A stretch of DNA of 64,000 nt from the NCBI RefSeq assembly GCF_001194135.2, contig NC_068981.1, positions 176,783,966-176,847,965 on the forward strand, given 5' to 3'. The position numbers and the translations under genes were made by a program. Shown here piece by piece: positions 39,230 through 52,209 of this stretch. The notes beneath the pieces were generated by a model. The model had not been told where the DNA came from. It made no database searches and worked only from the letters and a program-made list of their open reading frames with translations. This DNA comes from Octopus bimaculoides. Its lineage: Eukaryota. How positions within the stretch are numbered: position 1 is the first letter of the stretch; each line of letters begins with the position of its first letter.

Positions 39230-39602
39230 GGCGCAGGAGTGGCTGTGTGGTAAATAGCTTGCTTACCAACCACATGGTTCCGGGTTCAGTCCCACTGCGT
39301 GGCACCACGGGCAAGTGTCTTCTACTATAGCCTCAGGCCGACCAAAGCCTTGTGAGTGGATTTGGTAGACGGAAACTGGAAGAAGCTCGTCATATATATG
39401 CATATGTATATATATATATGTGTGTTTGTGTGTCTGTGTTTGTCCCTCCGAACATCGCTTGACAACCGATGCTGGTGTGTTTACGTCCCCGTAACTTAGC
39501 GGTTCAGCAAAAGAGACCGGTAGAATAAGTACTAGGCTTATGAAGAATAAGTTCTGGGGTTAATTTGCTCGACTAAAAGGTGGTGCTCCAGCATGGCCAC
39601 AG
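39230..39602 (+). mobile_element. Group A SINE, 3' end truncated
   Basis: Complete head GGCGCAGGAGTGGCTGTGTGG. Stops at GCATGGCCACAG. Confidence 0.9.
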
Positions 39603-40397
39603 AGAGAATGTAGTGTCGAGGATGATCGCTGCTGTAGAAGACGTACCTTCTTGCTTATGGGTGGGAACTGATCGTACATGTAATGGCAGAGATAGTAAAA
39701 CTGGAGTCTGTTGCAGCATCAAATTTCACATCTTATAAGTTCAGGTGTTCTTTGATTTTTAGCATTTATTTTGTTATACAGAAAAGCTATGGGTGTGGTC
39801 TTTATGCAACCTATAATGATGTGAAGAACACAGTATTGTTCTTTGTAGTTAATTTATGGTTTGTTGCAGAAAGATCACCACAATTGTTGCTTCTTTGCAT
39901 TTACCAAATGCATATTTTGCATGTTTATACATCAGCTTGCTTTTGTCGTTGTTGCTGTTGATTTCTGTCTGCGTCTGCTGTGAATGTTATAGAAGTGTTG
40001 CATGTAAATCCTAGTATTTTGTCGACTTTGTGGTAAGTATGTTTATGTGTCTGTAGGTGTGTGTATGTTGGTTGCATTTTCCTGGAGCTTTTACTATGGA
40101 GGGGAAAGATTTGCAGTGACTGATTAACTCCGACTGTGCTGCTTCCACACCAGACCTGGCTACTGATTGTCCCAAGGTGTAAATATTTTGTACATACAAA
40201 ATAAAAGGATTGTTTTTATGTTCGGATGTTTTCTTGTTCCGATATTTTTCCTCTAACATTTATGTAAAGAATTGTGTGGCACCCTTCCAGTGCCAACCAA
40301 TTTTACCTCTTACAGGTTGCTTGTAAAGAACACAATCGTTTTGAGTACAAGGATTTTAATTGATATAGAGTTAAAGTAACTGGGCAGTTGTCTAGAG

Positions 40398-41309
40398 CAG
40401 CAATACCCAACCCTTTTTACACCACTGACCAAGAGATGACACCAACCCTGGATTAACTATTAAGCAAAACAAGTCTGTGCTTAGGGCAGCAAGGGATGGG
40501 GCGGCAGGACCACAGAAATGGTAAATGGTTTACGACACAAAAGAAATCATTTCAAGCTTGCTAAAATACTATTCAGGGTGTCTTATCTCTACTAAATGTA
40601 GAAGCAGATGTGTTACATAAGATTAATTTTGAGGATCTGATCAAAGACTTTGCAATTAAAAAATGTAGGTGAAAACTTTTCAAATATAAATAAAGTGGAA
40701 GTATACAAAAATAAACATTATTTTTCATTTTACTGTTAATTTTGTTTCATTTTGAAAAATAAAAATTCACATTATGGTTTATTATTGCTTATATTGTGAA
40801 TTACACATATATGGAGGCAAAAAAATTTTTTAAGTGCTTAGGGTCTTCTATGGATCTAAATCCAGCCCTAGATGACACACATAACAAAACACAAAAAAGC
40901 GTATAATATTTTAAAATATTATCAAGTACATTAATTATTACATATATAACAAATCAGTACCGCCTGACTGGCCTTCATGCCGGTGGCACGTAAAAGCACC
41001 CACTACACTCTCGGAGTGGTTGGCGTTAGGAAGGGCATCCAGCTGTAGAAACTCTGCCAAATCAGATTGGAGCCTGGTGTAGCCATCTGGTTCACCAGTC
41101 CCCAGTCAAATCGTCCAACCCATGCTAGCATGGAAAGCGGACGTTAAACGATGATGATGTAATGCATATATACTGCAAGAACACTCTACAGACAGCAATT
41201 GTCAATAGAATAGAAATAAAATTTTAAAATTTATACTTTCTGTGCAACCTGGTACCAAATGTTCAATAGCCTGCTACTGGTCCATGGTTCAGTAGTTGGG
41301 AACCCTTTG
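40398..41309. mobile_element. hAT (Charlie-like) MITE carrying two nested insertions
   Basis: Ends CAGCAATACCCAAC and GTTGGGAACCCTTTG. 8-bp TSD GTCTAGAG (40390-40397) / GTCTAGGG (41310-41317). Confidence 0.75.
40443..40870 (+). mobile_element. hAT (Tip100-like) deletion derivative with a transposase C-terminal remnant
   Basis: Perfect 8-bp TSD GATGACAC (40435-40442, 40871-40878). Degenerate CAGGGCCGGATT-type TIRs. Reads SLLNVEADVLHKINFEDLIKDFAIKKCR, resembling the end of the hAT dimerisation domain. Confidence 0.85.
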
Positions 41310-41400
41310 GTCTAGGGCACAGGGAAAAGATGAAAGTGATGTCATCTGAATATGAGGCAGTGTGTATTCTTTGTGGAGAAGTAAGGTTTTGTAGGTATAT

Positions 41401-41790
41401 ACTCTTTTACTTTTTTACTTGTTTCAGTCATTTGACTGCGGTCATGCTGGAGCACCACCTTTAGTCGAGCAAATCGACCTCAGGACTTATTCTTTGTAAG
41501 CCTAGTACTTATTCTACCGGTCTCTTTTTGCTGAATCGCTAAGTTATGGGGATGTAAACACACCATCATCGGTTGTCAATCGATGTTGGGGGACAAGCAC
41601 AGACACACAAACACACACACATATATATGACGGGCTTCTTTCAGTTTCCATCTACCAAATCCACTCCCAAGGCTTTGGTCGGCCCGAGGCTATAGTAGAA
41701 GACACTTACCCAAGATGCCACGCAGTGGGACTGAACCCGGAACCATGTGGTTGGTAAGCAAGCTACTTACCACACAGCCACTCCTGTGCC
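41401..41790 (-). mobile_element. Full-length group A SINE
   Basis: Reverse complement of the 2802-3217 family. Confidence 0.9.
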
Positions 41791-42084
41791 TGTATGTTAA
41801 AAAGAGTGAGTGAAAGAATGGATCCTTGTCGTGTTCTGTGCAGGGAATGAGAAAGCTTCTACATGATTACTTAAATTGACAGAAATAGCAGTTAAATCCT
41901 CTTCAAATTTTACTCTACCACCTTAAGAATGGATGAAAACTGTTTAAAAATAATACTTAATCTTGATAACCAATCTTAAGATTAACATATGTTGTTGAAA
42001 TAATGTAAAAATGTTATTAAAATAGGTTTAATGGAAAGATATTTATCTACATAGCCATTTGCTCAAACAATGAAAGAGGAAGGG

Positions 42085-42137
<53 letters not shown>

Positions 42138-43012
42138 TAGAGAAAGAGAGAGAGAGAGGGAAAGAGAGAGAGAGAGAGCGTGTGTGTGTGTGTGTGTGTG
42201 TGTGCGCGTATAGTCACTCGACCTGCTAGAAACAGCAGTCAAATCTTCTTGACAGACACTCTGCAGTCATAAAAAAAGAAAAGACACATTAGATCATGTA
42301 TTCGGTCAGTTGTTGTTTAGCCCTGTGTTGTCCATGATCAATAGTGGACATCCATTACCCCTCAAACTGCATTAATGTGTTCCCCTTCATGAAAGCAGTA
42401 ATATGATTCAAATGAAGATTAACAGCTACTTCTAGCTCATCGAGTGATTACATAGGGAAGGGGTAGGTTCTCTTGTTGGCTTATGAGTTTTATAGCTAGG
42501 TAAATTGATAGAAGAGTCGACTAACAGTTAAGAGGTCACCAGTTTGTATCTTAATATTAATCAAGGTACAGATATGACAGTGATTCTTCAGAACCTTTAG
42601 TTCCAAAACCTTTCTAGATAAGTGATTTTTCTGAACCAGAGAAGGTCACCTTGGTTAACACATTCTAAGTTAAAACAAACAGATATTAAATCTGTGGCCT
42701 TGTAATAAGAAGAAGTTTGCTTCCCAATCACATGATTCCTTGGGCAAGTGTCTTCTACTATAGCCTCAGGCTGGCCAAAACCTTGTGAGTGGATTTAGTG
42801 GATGGAAACTAAAAGAAGCCTATCATGTATGTGTGTGTGTGTGAGAGATTTATTCAACAAAAATTCTTCAAGGTGGTGCCCCAGCATGGCCACAATCTAA
42901 GGACTGAAACAAGAAAAAAGAAATTAAATACATGCACCAGTACATTGGCATAAATGATACAAGTTTTTTTTAATTTATACTGCACTCTGCAAGGTACCAA
43001 TAAACCAGTCTG

Positions 43013-43045
<33 letters not shown>

Positions 43046-44991
43046 GTTTAACATCCACTTTCCATGCTAGCATGGGTTGGACGATTTGACTGAGGACTGG
43101 CGAACCGGATGACTACACCAGGCTCCAATCTGATCTGGCAGAGTTTCTGCAGATGGCTGCAGGAATTTGAAGTTCCTGTTTATGAATTCATGGGATCTTT
43201 GTCTTGCAAGTTGCTTGGTGACCCTGCCAGTGCTGATACCTTGTAAACACAAACCAAAACTGACCTCACCGATCGTGGTCAGTACCATGTAAAAAGCACT
43301 CAGTTCACTCTGCTGGGTGGTTGGTGTTAGGAAGGGCATCCAGCTGTAAAAAGCATGCTAAAATATACACAGTAGACTGGTGCAGGCCCCTGCCTGGCTG
43401 CTCCTGTCAAATTGTCCAATCCATGCCAACACGGAGGGTGAACATTAAACGTGACGATGAAGAGGTTCCAAACTATCAGTGCCTTGAAAGTCAGTGTTGT
43501 ACTTAACTTTTGCTGGTTTCATCTACCAAACTTTCACAGGTACCCTGATTAGTTTAAGCTCACCAAGGTAGGCATCAAGAACATTGTTACGGTTGGCAGG
43601 GACTAGCAGTTTGCTTTTGATTCAGATCTTCATTTGTGTCTTGCAGAAATGCAATTCATTGCATCCTCTAAAAATCAGCTGGATCACAAAGTGTCCAGCC
43701 TCACTGTGACATTTTGAATGATAGGATGAAGTGAAGAGAAAGAAAGAAAGAGCGAGAGCAAGAGACAGGCAGACAGATAAAACCAGTGAAGAAAACTGTA
43801 ACAGGTTTGGTAACTAGGCATATACTAAATTTATATCCATAATCTGTATTATAGATAAGATGATCACAAGAGGTCCATCAGTAACAAGTGAAATGATCAT
43901 GTACATTTAATTAGCAATTAGTAATTTACTTAGAAGGAAGTTGACAAAAGATTAATAATGCTGTCTTCATTTGTTCACAACCAAATAGCTATGTTGGAAA
44001 TTGAACAGCAGGTATACAGGATATATATATATATATATACCCCTGTATCCTTTTAATATCATAACTAATTAATTCTGTCGATTTCTAATTAACAGCATCG
44101 TTAAATATTTCATTGTTCTTGATGTGTTAAAAACTTGTTGATTAATAATTAAAGGAGTTCATTAAAATCTATTATTATTTTCTTTTGGAATTTTGGTTAT
44201 AATTACATTTTTTTTTTTTTGGAAGGCAACAGATACAAATCTAAAATATTAATAAGTAATAATTTAGTGGGTGTGGATTATCATATGTATTAATCACTAT
44301 GGCAACAGCTACTGAGCTGCTACTGTTTTTTTTTTGTTTTTTTTAAGGGATAGTATTTATANNNNNNNNNNNNNNNNNNNNNNNNNNNNNNNNNNNNNNN
44401 NNNNNNNNNNNNNNNNNNNNNNNNNNNNNNNNNNNNNNNNNNNNNNNNNNNNNNNNNNNNNNNNNNNNNNNNNNNNNNNNNNNNNNNNNNNNNNNNNNNN
44501 NNNNNNNNNNNNNNNNNNNNNNNNNNNNNNNNNNNNNNNNNNNNNNNNNNNNNNNNNNNNNNNNNNNNNNNNNNNNNNNNNNNNNNNNNNNNNNNNNNNN
44601 NNNNNNNNNNNNNNNNNNNNNNNNNNNNNNNNNNNNNNNNNNNNNNNNNNNNNNNNNNNNNNNNNNNNNNNNNNNNNNNNNNNNNNNNNNNNNNNNNNNN
44701 NNNNNNNNNNNNNNNNNNNNNNNNNNNNNNNNNNNNNNNNNNNNNNNNNNNNNNNNNNNNNNNNNNNNNNNNNNNNNNNNNNNNNNNNNNNNNNNNNNNN
44801 NNNNNNNNNNNNNNNNNNNNNNNNNNNNNNNNNNNNNNNNNNNNNNNNNNNNNNNNNNNNNNNNNNNNNNNNNNNNNNNNNNNNNNNNNNNNNNNNNNNN
44901 NNNNNNNNNNNNNNNNNNNNNNNNNNNNNNNNNNNNNNNNNNNNNNNNNNNNNNNNNNNNNNNNNNNNNNNNNNNNNNNNNNNNNNNNNNN

Positions 44992-45046
<55 letters not shown>

Positions 45047-45203
45047 TTTTTCTTTTACCTCTACTTCAGCTAAGCATACAAGTGCTAAAATTCTCCCACC
45101 CTCCAACAGGTGATGTAGTCATTAAGTAAATAACCCAAACAAGAATGATGATGATGATGATTATGATAAAGCTACACCCTCTTCTACACTTACTGATATT
45201 ACA

Positions 45204-45238
<35 letters not shown>

Positions 45239-46109
45239 ATGTGCGTGTATGTATATTTATGCGTGTGTATATATGTGTGTATGTATATCTATGTGTGTGT
45301 GTACATGTATATATGTGTGTCTGTGTTTACGTATGTACATATATCTGTATCTATGCATATAAGCCAGCATTCATGTATATNNNNNNNNNNNNNNNNNNNN
45401 NNNNNNNNNNNNNNNNNNNNNNNNNNNNNNNNNNNNNNNNNNNNNNNNNNNNNNNNNNNNNNNNNNNNNNNNNNNNNNNNNNNNNNNNNNNNNNNNNNNN
45501 NNNNNNNNNNNNNNNNNNNNNNNNNNNNNNNNNNNNNNNNNNNNNNNNNNNNNNNNNNNNNNNNNNNNNNNNNNNNNNNNNNNNNNNNNNNNNNNNNNNN
45601 NNNNNNNNNNNNNNNNNNNNNNNNNNNNNNNNNNNNNNNNNNNNNNNNNNNNNNNNNNNNNNNNNNNNNNNNNNNNNNNNNNNNNNNNNNNNNNNNNNNN
45701 NNNNNNNNNNNNNNNNNNNNNNNNNNNNNNNNNNNNNNNNNNNNNNNNNNNNNNNNNNNNNNNNNNNNNNNNNNNNNNNNNNNNNNNNNNNNNNNNNNNN
45801 NNNNNNNNNNNNNNNNNNNNNNNNNNNNNNNNNNNNNNNNNNNNNNNNNNNNNNNNNNNNNNNNNNNNNNNNNNNNNNNNNNNNNNNNNNNNNNNNNNNN
45901 NNNNNNNNNNNNNNNNNNNNNNNNNNNNNNNNNNNNNNNNTTTTTTTTTTTTTTTTGTAGTTATGCAGCAATGGAGAATATCAATGACAACAACTATAAC
46001 AATAACAGTATTAAACTATATCAAAAATACAGAATTGCTAGCAAAGAAATTTAATTGAATGACAAAATTAACATTAATATGAGGAGAAATAACAGTATTG
46101 AATGTATTA

Positions 46110-46189
<80 letters not shown>

Positions 46190-47060
46190 CAACATCATCA
46201 TCATAGTAATAATAATGATGATGATGATTATGATGATAATAATGATGGTAATATTAGTAATAATAATAATAATAATAATTTTAATTATTATCATGATTAC
46301 AATAATTTCTCTAAGTGCAACAAAATGGGAGCATCGCAGCAATTAATATTAATACTAAAATCGTTGTTGTTTAGCCCCGAGTCACTTTTAATAGACCTCC
46401 GATTGAGAAAATATTCCAGCTGTGATCATTCTATCTGCTTGGAGCTATGTAGGACTACATTACATTATCTAACGTGTCCTTTCCTTGTTTATAAGGTGAG
46501 GGATATTGGGCTGTTGTTTCTATCAGGTAGAGCAAACTAGATGAGGTATGAGATTGTAGAGAGAAAACGAGATAATCTAGTTTCCATTTAGAAGAATTTA
46601 CACCAAAGCATTTTTTTTTTTTGGTTTTTGGTTTTTGGTTTTTTTTTTCTCTTTTCTTTCTTTTTACCTAGTAGATTTAACACTGCTGCTGCAGCAATGA
46701 AAAGCTTCCATACCTACTGTGCCAGCATGCCTGGAAATTGTAATACCAATACAGCAGACTGCATGATATATTGAACAGTCTGTTTTAGACTATTCACTTT
46801 TTTTTCCTTTTTTTTTACTTGGAACAACTCCACCCACACTCTTCACACCGTAATGAAAGGAATGTGGGGGAAATGTGAAAAAAGGAAAAAATTAAAAAAA
46901 GAAAATTGTAGCTAATAATTTTTTTCCCCCCACTTTCATTATAATTTAATGAAAATATACTATTCTTTCATGTGAAAAACAATGCATCATCATCAGCACC
47001 ACCACCACCACCACCACCACCACCATCATCATCAACATCATCATCATCATCACCATTACC

Positions 47061-47094
<34 letters not shown>

Positions 47095-47674
47095 TCATTA
47101 CTACTACAGCAAGCTGGCAGAATCATTAGCATGCTGAACAAAATGCTTTAGCAGCATTTTGTCTGTTATTACATTCTGAGTTCAAATTCCACTGTGGTCA
47201 ACTTCACATTTCATCCTTTCAGGGGTCAATAAACTAAGTACCAGTGAAGTGCTGGGATTCATGTAATCGACTTAACCTTCCCTCAAAATTTCAGGCCTTG
47301 TGACTTTAGCAGAAAGGATTTCAGGGTTGATAAAATATGTACCATTTGAGCAGTATCTATCCCTCCCCACAAAATTTCAAACCTTGTGGATGTAGTTTAA
47401 AGAATTATTATCCTCTGTTATATCCTTTCATGTGGTAGTATTTCCCCTTGATTCATATTGACCCCACGTTTTTGCTTTTGTAACCCTTTTGTGCTGGAAC
47501 TTGTCTTTTGCTAGTGTCCTCCATGTCTTGGGCCCTTGTGGCCAATAAAAGAAATCATTATGATTACTATTCTTTTAACTCAGGTTTTACTAGAACTCTT
47601 GGAGTCTTGCATGCATAGTAGGCTTGCTACCTGCAGGCTACAGTACCATGCTATCTGTTCTTTTAAACTATCTA

Positions 47675-47902
47675 TTAGGTTGTCCGGAAAGTTCGTGTCG
47701 ATTTATAGTAGCTTACCTTTCGACTTATTTGTCATGAAACCACCTCAATCCTGGGAAGAGGGTATTTTCAAGTTAAAGGAAAAATGGAGATGCATTGTGC
47801 AACAAAATGGTTCATATTTGGTTGATTAAATATGTAACAGCAAGTATTTATTGACCTTTTTCTTTCCTTTAAAAATTGGCACGAACTTTCCAGACAACCC
47901 AA
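47675..47902 (+). mobile_element. mariner-derived MITE retaining the transposase C-terminus
   Basis: TA|TTAGGTTGTCCGGAAAGTTCGTGTCGATTT...AAATTGGCACGAACTTTCCAGACAACCCAA|TA. Reads EEGIFKLKEKWRCIVQQNGSYLVD*. Confidence 0.9.
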
Positions 47903-48144
47903 TATTTTCTTGATGATTCTGGCCATGCCATGGAGGTAGACCTTTTGTAACAGCTCTTATGGGCACTCTATTCCCATTTCCTTTATATTCCTCTTGATGC
48001 CTTTTCATACTGTCTCCTAATATCCAACAATAACTGACACTATCTTCACCTTCTTCATTTCCATAGTTGGACTTATCACCTCCACCTTAGCAAAGGCAGA
48101 GGTATTGCTTTTCAGTCATGTGTGTTTGTTTGTCCATGGACAAG

Positions 48145-48529
48145 TGGAGGCGCAATGGCTCAGTGGTTAGGGCAGCGGACTCGCGGTCATAGGATCGTGG
48201 TTTCGATTCCCAGACCGGGCGTTGTGAGTGTTTATTGAGCGAAAACACCTAAAAGCTCCACGAGGCTCCAGCAGGGGATGGTGGCGAACCCTACTGTACT
48301 CTTCCACCACAACTTTCTCTCATTCTTACTTCTTGTTTCTGTTGTGCTTGTAATTCAAAGAGTCAGCCTTGTCACGCTGTGTCACGCTGAATATCCTCGA
48401 GAACTACGTTAAGGGTACACGTGTCTGTGGAGTGCTCAGCCACTTGCACGTTAATTTCACAAGCAGGCTGTTCCGTTGATTGGATCAACTGGAACCCTCG
48501 ACATCGTAAGCGATGGAGTGCCAACAACA
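48145..48529 (+). mobile_element. tRNA-derived SINE, group B (head 1 + tail y), 9-bp TSD
   Basis: A box TGGCTCAGTGG, B box GGTTTCGATTCC, (CAA)n tail. TSD ATGGACAAG at 48136-48144 and 48530-48538. Confidence 0.9.
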
Positions 48530-49066
48530 ATGGACAAGATATCTCAAGAACCGCTGACTGTGTTGGTGGCTTAACAAAAGAGACCAGTAGAATAAGTACC
48601 AGGCTTAATCAGATAAGTACCAGAGTCAAATCATTCAACTATTAAATTCTTCAAGTTGATGCTCCAGCATGGCCACAATCAGATCACTGAGACAAGTAAA
48701 AGATAAAAGATATATTGCTGATGGAAACTTAATAATAGTCAATCGATGGGCAGCACCAGTTTAAATTGATTCTAACCCAGGCAAGAAAGTAAAATCAATA
48801 TGTAAAAGCTGATAGATCAATAGGATCATCAGGTTATTTATTTAATTTTCCCTTTTTTTATATTTATACAGAAAGCTTTGGTCTTTGCTGTCTGAATTTT
48901 AAAGATGAAGTGAAATGCAAAAAAAGACCTGTGTGGTAAGAAGTCTGATTTCCAACCACAAGCTTCAGGATTCAGTCACACTGCATGGAACCTTAAGCAA
49001 GTGTCTATAGCCTCAGGATGACCAAACCCTTGTGAGTGGATTTGGTCCATAGAAATTGAAAGAAGC

Positions 49067-49294
49067 TGCAAGCTGGCAGAAACGTTAGCACACCGGGCGA
49101 AGTGCTTAGCGGTATTTCGTCTTGTCTTTACGTTCTGAGTTCAAATTCCGCTGAGGTCGACTTTGCCTTTCATCTTTTCGGGGTCGATAAATTAAGTACC
49201 AGTTACGCACTGGGGTGATGTAATCGATTTAATCCCTTTGTCTGTCCTTGTTTATTCCCTCTATGTTTAGCCCCTTGTGGGCAATAACGAAAGA
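49067..49294 (+). mobile_element. Group C SINE with an alternative tail, inserted into a group A SINE, 16-bp TSD
   Basis: AGAAATTGAAAGAAGC at 49051-49066 and 49295-49310. Confidence 0.88.
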
Positions 49295-50575
49295 AGAAAT
49301 TGAAAGAAGCCCATTATATATATATATCATCNNNNNNNNNNNNNNNNNNNNNNNNNNNNNNNNNNNNNNNNNNNNNNNNNNNNNNNNNNNNNNNNNNNNN
49401 NNNNNNNNNNNNNNNNNNNNNNNNNNNNNNNNNNNNNNNNNNNNNNNNNNNNNNNNNNNNNNNNNNNNNNNNNNNNNNNNNNNNNNNNNNNNNNNNNNNN
49501 NNNNNNNNNNNNNNNNNNNNNNNNNNNNNNNNNNNNNNNNNNNNNNNNNNNNNNNNNNNNNNNNNNNNNNNNNNNNNNNNNNNNNNNNNNNNNNNNNNNN
49601 NNNNNNNNNNNNNNNNNNNNNNNNNNNNNNNNNNNNNNNNNNNNNNNNNNNNNNNNNNNNNNNNNNNNNNNNNNNNNNNNNNNNNNNNNNNNNNNNNNNN
49701 NNNNNNNNNNNNNNNNNNNNNNNNNNNNNNNNNNNNNNNNNNNNNNNNNNNNNNNNNNNNNNNNNNNNNNNNNNNNNNNNNNNNNNNNNNNNNNNNNNNN
49801 NNNNNTATATATATATGACATCAACATCAACATCAGCACCAAAATCAAAATCAAATCAAATGGGAATTGGAGTTGTGAGCCCCATGCTGGCAGCACATAA
49901 AAAGCACCATCCGAATGTGGCCGATGCCGGTAGCACGTAAAAAGTTTCATCCGATCGTGGTCGATGCCAGCACCTTTGGCCCCTGTGCCAGTGGCACGTA
50001 AAAGGTACCCACTACACTCTCGGAGTGATTGGTGTTAGGAAGGGCATCCAGCTGTAGAAATGCTGCCAGATCAGATTGGGGCCTGGTGCAGCCTCCTGGC
50101 TTCCCAGAACCCAGTCGAACCATCCGACCCATGCCAGCATGGAAAACGGACGTTAAACGACGACGATGATGATGATGACGAGTCTGTGTCTCTCTGTCTG
50201 TATTTATTCCCCACGTTGGCATTGCTGAACTTTGAATAACTAGTTCAGCAAATGAGGTTGATAGAATAAATACCAGGCTTAAAGAATATAAAATACTGGG
50301 GTCAATTTATTCAACTAAAATTCTTCAAGGCAGTGCCCCAGCATGGCTAGAGTCTAATGACTGACTCAAGTGAAAGATTTGATGTAAATATATTATAATG
50401 AAAAAGTAACACGATAAACATTTCTGTTAATATATTCAATATCCTAAGTAGATTAATGTAACTACTTTAATTAATATAAACATAATTAGTCATTTTAGCA
50501 TCTACCTTCCTTACACCTGAGCCATTCTAAATTCATTAGAGTATATCAACAGGCTTGTGCTATACAGAAAAAAAA

Positions 50576-50609
<34 letters not shown>

Positions 50610-51220
50610 NNNNNNNNNNNNNNNNNNNNNNNNNNNNNNNNNNNNNNNNNNNNNNNNNNNNNNNNNNNNNNNNNNNNNNNNNNNNNNNNNNNNNNNNNNN
50701 NNNNNNNNNNNNNNNNNNNNNNNNNNNNNNNNNNNNNNNNNNNNNNNNNNNNNNNNNNNNNNNNNNNNNNNNNNNNNNNNNNNNNNNNNNNNNNNNNNNN
50801 NNNNNNNNNNNNNNNNNNNNNNNNNNNNNNNNNNNNNNNNNNNNNNNNNNNNNNNNNNNNNNNNNNNNNNNNNNNNNNNNNNNNNNNNNNNNNNNNNNNN
50901 NNNNNNNNNNNNNNNNNNNNNNNNNNNNNNNNNNNNNNNNNNNNNNNNNNNNNNNNNNNNNNNNNNNNNNNNNNNNNNNNNNNNNNNNNNNNNNNNNNNN
51001 NNNNNNNNNNNNNNNNNNNNNNNNNNNNNNNNNNNNNNNNNNNNNNNNNNNNNNNNNNNNNNNNNNNNNNNNNNNNNNNNNNNNNNNNNNNNNNNNNNNN
51101 NNNNNNNNNNNNNNNNNNNNNNNNNNNNNNNNNNNNNNNNNNNNNNNNNNNNNNNNNNNNNNNNNNNNNNNNNNNNNNNNNNNNNNNNNNNNNNNNNNNN
51201 NNNNNNNNNNNNTCTGTGTG

Positions 51221-51254
<34 letters not shown>

Positions 51255-51688
51255 TATATATATATGTGTATATGTGTGTGTGTGTGTGTACAAGGTAAAG
51301 TTTAGAATACTTATAAGAAACTATGAAATAATTGAGAGGTTTTCTTTAAGCTGTCTTGCCTTGAAATCAACCTGAGAGAGGAAAGGCTGCTAGCCATGTT
51401 TATTAGAAAAAAAAAAGGAAAAAGAAAAGAAAGGGAAAAAGGAAAAGAAAGAAAAGAAAAGGGAATTCAACCAGAGCTAAAAAGTTGGATGGAAATAAAA
51501 AAAAGAAAAGGAAAGTATTACTGAAATAAAAGCCAAGCCAAGACTTACTAGAAAGACAAGTGAGCGAATTAGGAAGGAAAGATGAATGAGANNNNNNNNN
51601 NNNNNNNNNNNNNNNNNNNNNNNNNNNNNNNNNNNNNNNNNNNNNNNNNNNNNNNNNNNNNNNNNNNNNNNNNNNNNNNNNNNNNNNN

Positions 51689-51728
<40 letters not shown>

Positions 51729-52184
51729 CATATATGTATATAAAAACAGATATATATATATATAAACACACACATGCATATATACATAAATACATACACA
51801 CACACACATTATGTGTGTGTGTATATAATTCATGTGTATAAATAAAAGAAGGGATAAAGATTTAGGAAAGGTAAGAAAAAATAGCTTAAGAATTGTGAAA
51901 GTGGAAGAATTATGAAAGAAGATAAAAATATTTTCAAGGTAGGAGGCAAGGAAAAAGAAAAGTGAGGTATTAGCTGAAGAGGAAAAGTTGGATTATTTGG
52001 GTGGCTGTGCTTATCTTACTACTCTTATTTCTTCTCTTTATATTAAGTTTCACAATATTTGAAAATGAATTAATTCATTTTGTATCTGAAAAATTGTGTA
52101 TGCTTTCCCCTAAATCTGAAGTTTAATGTACACAGATTCTGCTGAAAGTCTTTTAATACTTTTTGTTCCCGTTTGCTTTGTCAG

Positions 52185-52209
52185 CAGCTTGCATTGTCAC
52201 ATTTGATAG
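52185..52209 (+). CDS. Candidate 25-nt (or 22-nt, NAGNAG) short exon
   Basis: ctttttgttcccgtttgctttgtcag|CAGCTTGCATTGTCACATTTGATAG|gtattt. Confidence 0.25.

Noticed and set aside
48145-48220. tRNA genes at SINE heads (also 2250-2326, 27020-27093, 39230-39300)
   Set aside because: A and B boxes are present but the cloverleaf stems do not pair, and each continues into SINE body and tail.
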